Shown here in pieces: positions 1 through 8,100 of a DNA stretch of 28,131 nt; position 1 is the first letter of the stretch; the number at the start of each line of letters is the position of its first letter. Source of the stretch: a virus. Taxonomy: Duplodnaviria > Caudoviricetes. A model generated the notes under the pieces. It saw nothing but the letters and a program-made list of their open reading frames with translations. It did not search any database and had not been told where the DNA came from. The position numbers and the translations under genes are program-made. The stretch is from IMG/VR virus record IMGVR_UViG_3300026270_000023, positions 1 through 28,131 of that record. One strand, written 5' to 3'.

Positions 1-20
1 AGATCTGGAGGAGGATACTA

Positions 21-659
21 ATGTTACCTGCAGGACAGACAGAAGAATTAGGAGCACCTAATTCACAAAATAGTGAAAGTAGAGTTTTAGATGTTTTCGG
101 ACCTAATTTTCTCATTGAAACTAATGGTGCAGTTGGTGTAGCTGGTCAATTAAGATATCAATTGTATTCTGTTACTGGTAATGGAGATGTATATCAGCAA
201 GCACTTTATGAAAATGGATTATCAGCAATCAGAGCAGAAAGAACTTTAGAGATACAAGCTGGTATTAAAAATAAAGCAAATGAAGTCAGTTTTACACTTA
301 TGACACATCATGGTGATGTTGCGGTAAACGCTGACAATGGTATGGTAAGGATAAAGGGTAGAAATATATGTATAGATGCTACAAATCAATTAACATTACA
401 AGCAAATAAAATTCAATTAGGTCATGTTCAACCAGGAAAAACTCAAGATTTTCAAGTAACATCAACTAGAGTTGACTTGGGTAGACCAAAAAGAGGTAAT
501 ATGTGCAAAGTGCTTAAAACTTGTGCAACCACCCTATCATTTGCTAAATCTTTAACACCATTTTCTGGTGGTGGTATAGCAGGTATTGCGGCTGGTGCCT
601 TATCTGGAGGAGGAGCAGGTGGATTTGCAGCAAGAACAGCAGCTAAGAGGTTCTTATGA
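21..659 (+). CDS. Putative baseplate/tail-associated structural protein
   Basis: 212-aa ORF with GGAGG upstream; beta-rich with a Gly/Ala-rich C-terminus; ATGA overlap with the fibre gene; function inferred from context only. Confidence 0.5.
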   Translation: MLPAGQTEELGAPNSQNSESRVLDVFGPNFLIETNGAVGVAGQLRYQLYSVTGNGDVYQQALYENGLSAIRAERTLEIQAGIKNKANEVSFTLMTHHGDVAVNADNGMVRIKGRNICIDATNQLTLQANKIQLGHVQPGKTQDFQVTSTRVDLGRPKRGNMCKVLKTCATTLSFAKSLTPFSGGGIAGIAAGALSGGGAGGFAARTAAKRFL

Positions 660-2224
660 GACAACCAGATAATAGTATTAGTTTTCAGAATACCACAGGT
701 GACTCTGCTGTTGAAAATTTATATGTGTATGGACAATTAAATTATAATTTTGATAATGATGATTTAAAGGTAAAATCAATTGAGGCTTCAGAATCATCAA
801 CATTTAAAAGTGACCTAATAATTGAGGGTAATTTATCATCAACATCTGGATTAAACTTGACTGGTGATATTAATATTGGTGGTGCATCTGGACATGTTGG
901 TTTAGCAACTTTTAAAGATGCTAGATTTTATGGTAAAATATTTGATGGTGATGGTGATTTTGGAACAGCAGGTCAACTACTATCATCAGACGGAACAGAT
1001 TTAAACTGGATAGATGCAAGCACAACCAGTGTGGCAAATGCAAACAATATTGGAGTAAATGCAAACTCTACAAATGCAGATCAATTCATAACATTTGTTG
1101 GTGCAAGTAGTGGTAATAATCCTATCAGAGTTAATGGTGGTCTAAAATACAATCCATCAACAAATACATTAAATGAATTAAACCTTGGAGGTAGTTCAAC
1201 AGCAGTCAATTTAAATGTCACAGGTAACTTGACAGTTGGCGGACAATTAAAAGATGGTGCTGGTAACTTTGGATCATCAGGTCAAGTACTATCATCAGAT
1301 GGAACTGATACTGCTTGGATAAATGCAGGTTCACTCTCAGCAGGTGCGGCAGCAGAGGTTGGTGTAACTGCTGTAAATGATAATTCATCACACTTTTTAA
1401 CTTTTGTAGATTCATCATCTGGTAATGAAAATATTAAAGTTGATACCAATCTTACATATAATCCTTCTACGAATACATTAACTGTTACTAATATTTCTGG
1501 TAATGGATCTGGATTGAGTGGTATTGAATCGTTTATAACTGGTATGATTATCTTATGGTTTGGCAATACAGGAAACATACCAAATGGTTTTGTTCTCTGC
1601 GATGGCAACAATAACGCACCAGATTTAAGAGATAAGTTTATTATTGGTGCTGGAAATAATTATTCTGTTAATGCCACTGGTGGTAGTGCTAATTCAACAC
1701 TCGTATCTCACTCTCACACTGTAGATAATCATACACACGGTGATGGAAGTTTATCAGTAGATAATCATACACATAATAATGGAAGTTTATCAGTATCCAA
1801 TCATACGCACGGTAGTGGAAGTTTATCAGTATCCAATCATACGCACGGTAGTGGAAGTTTAGGTACTAATAATAGTGGTAATCATAGTCACAGTTATTCA
1901 AGATTGAATTCAACTTCATCATATAATCGTGGTGTTCCTATCGGTAGTGGAGGATCTGCTGGTTCATCATTCGGCACACAAAATACTAATAATGGAGGAA
2001 GTCATAGTCATAATGTAAATGGTTCTACTGGAGGTTCCTCACCTGGAGTCAGTGGTTCGACTGGAGGTTCTTCACCAGGACTCAGTGGTTCAACCGGAGG
2101 TTCCTCACCTGGAGTCAGTGGTTCGACTGGAGGTTCTTCACCAGGAACTAACGCTCAAGGATCATCAGCAACTAACACGAATTTGCCACCATATTATGCA
2201 CTTTGTTATATTATGAAGACTTGA
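656..2224 (+). CDS. Tail fibre with tail-collar domain and HxH needle region
   Basis: Collar motif GMIILWFG..IPNGFVLCDGNNNAPDLRDKFIIGAG; multiple HxH motifs; C-terminal NLPPYYALCYIMK typical of collar/needle fibres. Confidence 0.85.
   Translation: MRQPDNSISFQNTTGDSAVENLYVYGQLNYNFDNDDLKVKSIEASESSTFKSDLIIEGNLSSTSGLNLTGDINIGGASGHVGLATFKDARFYGKIFDGDGDFGTAGQLLSSDGTDLNWIDASTTSVANANNIGVNANSTNADQFITFVGASSGNNPIRVNGGLKYNPSTNTLNELNLGGSSTAVNLNVTGNLTVGGQLKDGAGNFGSSGQVLSSDGTDTAWINAGSLSAGAAAEVGVTAVNDNSSHFLTFVDSSSGNENIKVDTNLTYNPSTNTLTVTNISGNGSGLSGIESFITGMIILWFGNTGNIPNGFVLCDGNNNAPDLRDKFIIGAGNNYSVNATGGSANSTLVSHSHTVDNHTHGDGSLSVDNHTHNNGSLSVSNHTHGSGSLSVSNHTHGSGSLGTNNSGNHSHSYSRLNSTSSYNRGVPIGSGGSAGSSFGTQNTNNGGSHSHNVNGSTGGSSPGVSGSTGGSSPGLSGSTGGSSPGVSGSTGGSSPGTNAQGSSATNTNLPPYYALCYIMKT
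932..1480 (+). repeat. Internal duplication in the fibre (two copies offset by 309 nt / 103 aa)
   Basis: GKIFDGDGDFGTAGQLLSSDGTD..YNPSTNTL (932-1171) vs GQLKDGAGNFGSSGQVLSSDGTD..YNPSTNTL (1241-1480). Confidence 0.85.
1721..1864 (+). repeat. 4 x 36-bp coding tandem repeat (V[DS]NHTHxxGSL[SG])
   Basis: gtagataatcatacaca.. x2 then gtatccaatcatacgcacggtagtggaagttta x2. Confidence 0.95.
2021..2152 (+). repeat. 4 x 33-bp coding tandem repeat (GSTGGSSPGxx)
   Basis: ggttcNacYggaggttcYtcaccWgga units in an ABAB nucleotide pattern. Confidence 0.95.
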
Positions 2225-2721
2225 TGAAACACAAAAGTAGAATAAATCCATCTTTAGATCTAGACATATCATTTCAATTTACTAAAGTCATCGATTGTAA
2301 GACTGATGAGTATGTGGAGATGATGGTAGATAAATTGGATAGATTAAAAAGTGAAAAATTTGATAATATTTTAATACCAAAATTTGATTATAGTCTTGAT
2401 GGAACGATTTTAACTCAAACGGTTGAATATATTAAGGGTAGGAAGTGTGGGATGACAGTTAGAAAATATCGTGATAGAATTTACAAAGACTTGGTTGAGA
2501 GGGATGGTGAATGGACTTTTTGCGACTTTAACTTTGATAACTTTATAGTTATGGAAAAAGAAAATAAAATATATGCTATCGATTTTCAATCTTATAATTA
2601 TATGCCATCCAAAGATAAAAGACTAGAATTGTGGGAAGAAGATTTGGAGACAAATAATTTAGTCCTTGAATATATAACAAGAGAACTACCATTTCGTAGA
2701 AATGATAAGCACCGTAACTAA
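2224..2721 (+). CDS. Small protein-kinase-like (APH/Kdo/RIO-type fold) protein
   Basis: Start re-set to ATG 2224, overlapping the fibre stop (TGATG); motifs EYIKG, FCDFNFDNFIV (catalytic-loop-like DxxxxN) and IYAIDF. Confidence 0.55.
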   Translation: MKHKSRINPSLDLDISFQFTKVIDCKTDEYVEMMVDKLDRLKSEKFDNILIPKFDYSLDGTILTQTVEYIKGRKCGMTVRKYRDRIYKDLVERDGEWTFCDFNFDNFIVMEKENKIYAIDFQSYNYMPSKDKRLELWEEDLETNNLVLEYITRELPFRRNDKHRN

Positions 2722-2863
2722 TCTCAATTTTAAAAATCAAAGCAATAATATCATTGACAATACAATTGGTGATTGGTCATTAGTAATTGGAGAGAGTAAT
2801 TTATATGTTATAAACAATATAGACAATAAAAGATATAAAATTGACTTAACTGAACTTTCATAA
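2702..2863 (+). CDS. 53-aa ORF resembling the C-terminal module of cyanophage tail fibres
   Basis: Not in the ORF track; my translation MISTVTNLNFKNQSNNIIDNTIGDWSLVIGESNLYVINNIDNKRYKIDLTELS fills the gap between genes. Confidence 0.65.
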   Translation: MISTVTNLNFKNQSNNIIDNTIGDWSLVIGESNLYVINNIDNKRYKIDLTELS

Positions 2864-2875
2864 TATACTATTACT

Positions 2876-3451
2876 ATGTTTGAAGATTTATTCGCAACAC
2901 CAATATACTATCAGATGTTATCTGATAAAGATATACAAAATGAGATTGATAAAATTATCGATGAAGTCGAATTTGATTTGAAGGAAGAATGGGGTCATAC
3001 TCATTATCTATCAACAGATTTTGCACATGATAGTTCTTGTGATGCTCTAGATAAATTTAATTTGATGGAATTGAAGAAATCAATTCATAATCATCTATTG
3101 ACATATCTTGGACTATTGCATTATCCAGTTTCAAATCTTAGATATGAAACAGACTCTTGGTTTACAATGTTCAAGAAAGGGAACTACGCTCACGTCCATA
3201 GTCATGGAACTGCAGATGTATCAGGCGTATATTACTTCAAAACCAATCAAAAGGATGGTGATATATTTTTTGAACCTCCCCTACCTCAACTTAAACAGTC
3301 AAAATTATTTTATAATCATTCAGGATCTTGGTCTCATACACCAAAAGAGGGTAAACTAATGTTGTTTCCTGGTTGGTTGAGTCATGGTGTAAGAACGAAT
3401 ACAACCGATTTTGAGAGGATTGGCATTTCCTTTAATATAAAATTAAAATAG
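2876..3451 (+). CDS. 2OG-Fe(II) oxygenase, TIGR02466-like
   Basis: F.TPIY N-terminus; HxH..SGVYY; LMLFPGWLSHGV..RIGISFN. Confidence 0.85.
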   Translation: MFEDLFATPIYYQMLSDKDIQNEIDKIIDEVEFDLKEEWGHTHYLSTDFAHDSSCDALDKFNLMELKKSIHNHLLTYLGLLHYPVSNLRYETDSWFTMFKKGNYAHVHSHGTADVSGVYYFKTNQKDGDIFFEPPLPQLKQSKLFYNHSGSWSHTPKEGKLMLFPGWLSHGVRTNTTDFERIGISFNIKLK

Positions 3452-3460
3452 CACTATCAC

Positions 3461-3489
3461 TTGACGCCCTGATCAAAATCTATTATAAT
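3461..3489 (+). promoter_or_regulatory. Sigma70-type promoter
   Basis: TTGACG-17 nt-TATAAT. Confidence 0.85.
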
Positions 3490-3513
3490 ATAAGGGTATT
3501 CAATCAAACACAA

Positions 3514-3714
3514 ATGAACGAAGCTTGCGTCTCTGGGGTTGTCATTGATGTATGTACCCGTTCTTTCCTTCTTCTCAGTGATAAAGGTGAAGAAAAATGG
3601 GTAGATTGTGAAACTGCAGAGCAGTTTATGAGTGTGCTAGAAGTCTGCACTTCTCACTTGAACGATGATCAAATCGAGTATGCTGATCTTGCTGTTAGAG
3701 CGGAGAAAAACTAA
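3514..3714 (+). CDS. Hypothetical protein (66 aa)
   Basis: First ORF after the promoter; TAATG coupling to the next ORF. Confidence 0.7.
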   Translation: MNEACVSGVVIDVCTRSFLLLSDKGEEKWVDCETAEQFMSVLEVCTSHLNDDQIEYADLAVRAEKN

Positions 3715-3884
3715 TGGAAGTATTTACGATTGAAGAGTGGGAAAAAAACTTTGATGAACTCTTTAAAAGAGTGGAAGAAGGAGAGACGATAGGTGTAATC
3801 AGGGAAGATGGACAGGCAGCAGTAATGATGCCTGCTGATGATGAAATTGTGCGAATATACACAGAGCACGACGAAGCTCAATAA
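3714..3884 (+). CDS. Phd/YefM antitoxin-like protein (56 aa)
   Basis: Not in the ORF track; MEVFTIEEWEKNFDELFKRVEEGETIGVIREDGQAAVMMPADD matches the Phd/YefM pattern (N[FL]xxLxxxVxxGExxxIxRxGxxxAV[LM]xP); acidic tail. Confidence 0.65.
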   Translation: MEVFTIEEWEKNFDELFKRVEEGETIGVIREDGQAAVMMPADDEIVRIYTEHDEAQ

Positions 3885-3895
3885 TTTCATCATCT

Positions 3896-3967
3896 GGGAC
3901 TATCGCATATTGGTTAATGCCCACTGCTTATAACGGTGTGAACCGAGTTCAATTCTCGGTAGTCCTA
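3896..3967 (+). tRNA. tRNA-Ile (anticodon TAT)
   Basis: Acceptor GGGACTA/TAGTCCT; D arm GCAT/ATGC; anticodon arm CACTG-CTTATAA-CGGTG; T arm CCGAG-TTCAATT-CTCGG; no encoded CCA. Confidence 0.9.
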
Positions 3968-3970
3968 TTT

Positions 3971-4043
3971 GCTTCCTTAGCAATCTGGTGAATGCAGCAA
4001 ACTCATAATTTGCCTAAGGTGAGTTCGATCCTCACAGGAAGCA
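3971..4043 (+). tRNA. tRNA with CAT anticodon (elongator Met, or Ile2)
   Basis: Acceptor GCTTCCT/AGGAAGC; anticodon arm GCAAA-CTCATAA-TTTGC; T arm GTGAG-TTCGATC-CTCAC; G1-C72 paired and no GGG/CCC anticodon stem, so not an initiator. Confidence 0.9.
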
Positions 4044-4058
4044 TCTGTATTATTAAAA

Positions 4059-4610
4059 ATGAAAGTAAAAATTATATCTGATAAAATATATTCTTTATCA
4101 AACGTTTTATCAATTGATAATTTTTATAAAATTGAAGACGAATTTAATTATAATCCATGGATTTTTAATAAAAAAGAGATTGAAGAAGGTGATCATCACC
4201 CAATATGTGGAACTCTTCAGAAAGTTGATTATGGGAAAAATATTGGAGATAATCTTGTATTAATTAATATAGGATCTATATTAAAATTTAATATTGAAAA
4301 TATTTTACAAAAAAATATTGAATTGAAAAGAATTAACACTAATATTCAATTTTTTGGACAAAATTCATCATTTCATGAAGATGGTTTTAATGGAAGTTGG
4401 ACTCTTGTTTTATTTTGTAGTCATCAATGGGATACATCTTGGGGAGGAGAATTTGTAGTTCAAAATACTGATAGTGATTATTCTTACGTGCCGTATATAC
4501 CAAATAATGGTGTTCTAATTCCTGGACAGTTGCAACATATAGGAATGCCACCAAATAGATTATGCACTGTACCTAGACTATCGATAGCTTTTACATATCA
4601 GGAGGTGTGA
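4059..4610 (+). CDS. 2OG-Fe(II) oxygenase (prolyl-hydroxylase-like, HxD type)
   Basis: FHED, WDTSWGGEF, H..R.SIAF motifs; very AT-rich; lies between tRNA genes. Confidence 0.85.
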   Translation: MKVKIISDKIYSLSNVLSIDNFYKIEDEFNYNPWIFNKKEIEEGDHHPICGTLQKVDYGKNIGDNLVLINIGSILKFNIENILQKNIELKRINTNIQFFGQNSSFHEDGFNGSWTLVLFCSHQWDTSWGGEFVVQNTDSDYSYVPYIPNNGVLIPGQLQHIGMPPNRLCTVPRLSIAFTYQEV

Positions 4611-4615
4611 AAGTC

Positions 4616-4644
4616 TTTACATCTAGCAGTTATAATGCTATCAT
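4616..4644 (+). promoter_or_regulatory. Sigma70-type promoter for tRNA-Leu
   Basis: TTTACA-17 nt-TATCAT, 10 nt upstream of the tRNA. Confidence 0.55.
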
Positions 4645-4654
4645 TACTAGGTAA

Positions 4655-4738
4655 GCGAGTATGGCGGAATCGGTAGACGCATCAGACTTAAAATCTGCTG
4701 ACCTTAAGGTCGTGGGAGTTCAAGTCTCCCTACTCGCA
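4655..4738 (+). tRNA. tRNA-Leu (anticodon TAA)
   Basis: Acceptor GCGAGTA/TACTCGC; anticodon loop CTTAAAA; long variable arm GACC-TTAA-GGTC; T arm GGGAG-TTCAAGT-CTCCC. Confidence 0.95.
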
Positions 4739-4742
4739 CTAA

Positions 4743-4750
4743 AATAAATA
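4743..4750 (+). promoter_or_regulatory. T4-like late promoter
   Basis: AATAAATA, 18 nt before the ATG at 4769. Confidence 0.65.
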
Positions 4751-4768
4751 AGACAACTGTGAGGTCTT

Positions 4769-5077
4769 ATGTCATCATTTAAGGTAACCACTAAACATTG
4801 TTGGTATAACGATGAACGAGAAATTGTCAAGATGTATTTCTTAGAGGGAATACCATTTACCTTTGATGAAATGCCTGATGGTCATCTTTGGGACAGAGAT
4901 TTAGTAGATGAAGCAAATAAAAACTCTAGTTATGAAATAAAAGATGTTTATCAAGGATCCAATTATTTGATAATGGAACAGATGCATCCCTGTTTCGATC
5001 ATATCGAGATTTCAAATGCAAAAGAATTACCTGAGGATTTAATTCCATTCTACGACGAAGAAGATTTTATGGGTTAA
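4769..5077 (+). CDS. Hypothetical acidic protein
   Basis: 102-aa ORF between two late-promoter motifs. Confidence 0.75.
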   Translation: MSSFKVTTKHCWYNDEREIVKMYFLEGIPFTFDEMPDGHLWDRDLVDEANKNSSYEIKDVYQGSNYLIMEQMHPCFDHIEISNAKELPEDLIPFYDEEDFMG

Positions 5078-5083
5078 TAAATA
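5076..5083 (+). promoter_or_regulatory. T4-like late promoter
   Basis: AATAAATA upstream of the 1944-aa structural gene. Confidence 0.7.
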
Positions 5084-5115
5084 AAACATAGAAATCAAAC
5101 GATTGTCAGAATAAG

Positions 5116-8100
5116 ATGCCTCTTAATAAGCTTGAGAATTTTATCAAGAATGCCGAAGGTCGCATTCTTTACGTTAACCCTAACGACCTTGACTCCACAG
5201 ATGGTATTGAAAATCAGGGTAATTCGTTAACAAAACCCTTCAAAACAATTCAACGTGCTCTGATTGAGTCGGCAAGATTCTCATATCTTAGGGGAGAAGA
5301 CAATGATATTGTAGAGAAAACTACAATTCTAGTTTTCCCTGGAGAGCATTTAATTGACAACCGACCTGGATATGCAATTCAAGATGTTGGCAATAATGCT
5401 ATTTCTGTTGCACCAAATGGAGCACAAACAAATGCTCAGGCAGAATTAACATTAACACTCAACTCTAACTTTGACCTTACACAGGAAGATAATATCCTGT
5501 ATAAGTTTAATAGTGTTTATGGTGGTATCATCATTCCTCGTGGTACTTCTATTGTTGGTCTAGATTTAAGAAAGACTAAGGTCAGACCAAAGTACGTTCC
5601 AAACCCAACAGACGATACAGTAAGACAGTCTGCAATCTTTAGAATTACTGGTGCTTGTTACTTCTGGCAGTTCACCTTCTTTGATGGTGATGAGACAGGA
5701 TTGGTATATACAGATCCAAAAGATTTCTCCGAAAATAATAGATCAAAACCAGTATTTTCACACCATAAAGTTACTTGTTTTGAATATGCTGATGGTGTCA
5801 ACTTGGTTGGTGGGTATCAACTCACTGATCTTGATATGTACTACAGCAAGATTGGTAATGCTTTCAACAGAGCATCTGGTAGAGAAATTGATCAGAAGTT
5901 CCCATCACAAGCAGAGTCTTTCTCTAAGCAGCGTCCAGAATGGGAAATCGTTGGCGCATTCGGTGCTGACCCTGTAAAGATCTCTGATATTTTCTCTGGT
6001 GATGGTGCAACTCCTGGAACCATTGTTACAGTCACAACTCAAATCGCCCACGAATTGAGTGCAGGTACACCTATCAAGATTCGTGGAATCAGTGAACCTG
6101 ACTATAACATTTCAACTAAAGTTGTTCAAGTTATTGATGAAACTAGATTTACCTATGCACTTCCATTTGTAAGGGCAAATCTTCCTGCTGGTCGCCCTGC
6201 GGGATTAAGTATTGGATCAAATGCGAGTGTAACTATTGAGACTGACACCGTATCTGGTGCATCTCCTTACATCTTTAACGTATCATTGCGCTCTGTATAT
6301 GGTATGCAAGGTATGCATGCCGATGGTTCTAAAGCGGATGGTTTCCGTTCAATGGTTGTGGCTCAGTTTACTGCTGTGTCTCTGCAAAAGGATGACCGTG
6401 CTTTCGTTAAGTACAATGAGACTAACCGTCAGTGGCAAGGTATAAACTATAAGACTAGATCTGGGGATGAACTATCAGCAGAATCTTCAAATTCAAATCA
6501 GGTCTTACACCTAAGTTCTGACGCAGTTTATAGAGAGGGTTGGAAGACAGTTCATATTAAGATGAGCAACGATGCAGTTGTTCAGGTTGTTTCGGTCTTT
6601 GCTATTGGTTTCCACTTACATTTCCTTGCGGAGAGTGGTGGTGACGCATCGATTACTAACTCTAACTCTAACTTTGGTCAATTCTCTCTTGGTGCTGAAG
6701 GATTTAAGAAAGAGGCATTCACTAAAGATGATAAGGGTTATGTCACTAACATTATTGCTCCCAGATCAGTTTCCAATACGGAAGTTGAGGTTGAATGGGT
6801 TCAATTCGATGTCAGTAGAACTAAGAGTATTAACAGAGCAAATAGAATATACCTGTTAGGATACGTTGCAGAAGATGTACCACCTCCAATTATTTCACAG
6901 GGATATAGAATTGGAGCTAGAGTTGATGATCAAGTTTTCTTAGACGCTGATGCTAATGAAGGCAAGATTTTAATGACCAATGGTCCATTAAATCTTAACA
7001 CAAATACTATCGCTGGAACTGATACATCTGCAAAGGTCTACAGAGATGTTACTATAACGACTCCCGTTGCACAATCACCAACTCAAATGGTGCTTAATTG
7101 CACAACATCTCACGATCTCAGAAATGGTGAGTCAATTCGTATTTTTAGTGAAACTGGAGATCTTCCTGAAGGTTTAGAAGAAGAAACCGTATATTTTGCA
7201 ATTACTGATGAAAAGAACGGCACCAGAGCGGACGGAATGTCCCTAAACGGCACTCAATTCCAAGTTGCATCTTCTAAAACTAACGCTGAAGCACAAACAC
7301 CCATATTCATCCCAGTTTATCTTGGATCTGAAATTAGAGTAGAAAGTAGAGTTTCTGATAAGGAAGCAGGTGAACTTGGTCATCCAATTCAATATGATTC
7401 TGCAACTAGATCTATTACTAATGTAGAAACTGGTGTTGTAACGAATGAGACTGCTGGATGGTTCATTCATTGTGAGAATAACAGCGCACTTTTCCAGTAC
7501 GTTATTGGTCTCTCCAACAATGACAGTGAGATCACATATGTTAAGAGAAAGGCAGATGATAGAAGTTTGGATGAAAAACTCTATAGAATGCGTTATGTTG
7601 TTCCTAAAGAACTTGATAATACGAGAGATCCAGTTAATGGATTCATCCTGCAAGATTCAAGCACTATCAATGTAAGAGAGACTTCTGACTTCAATATCAC
7701 TGATATTGACAGATCGGATTATGATTTTGATCGTAATCCTAGATTTATTACCACTTGCACTTATGATAATGGTGCAAATCTAATTACAATCAGATCTGAT
7801 AAAGCACATAATCTTAAGCAAAATGATGTTGTCATTATTTCTGATGTAGCCAGCACTACGAATGGTGCTGCAAATAAAGAGTTTGGATTTAATGGTACGT
7901 TTACTGTTGAAGATATTGTAAATGATAAGACATTTACAGTCAATGATGTAGATACTTCTGGTATCACTCATAATCCTGGTACTATCTTAAATGATACCAA
8001 TATTAGAAATAAGGTACTTCCAAGATTTAAGAGAAATAATAATAATGAAAACTTCTATATCTACCGTACAGAAGTTATTAAACCATATATTAAAAATGTT

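Noticed and set aside
1721-2152. Tandem 33-36 bp repeats as a CRISPR array
   Set aside because: Contiguous in-frame coding repeats with no unique spacers and no cas genes
3971-4043. Initiator tRNA-fMet
   Set aside because: Has a paired G1-C72 and lacks the three G-C pairs in the anticodon stem
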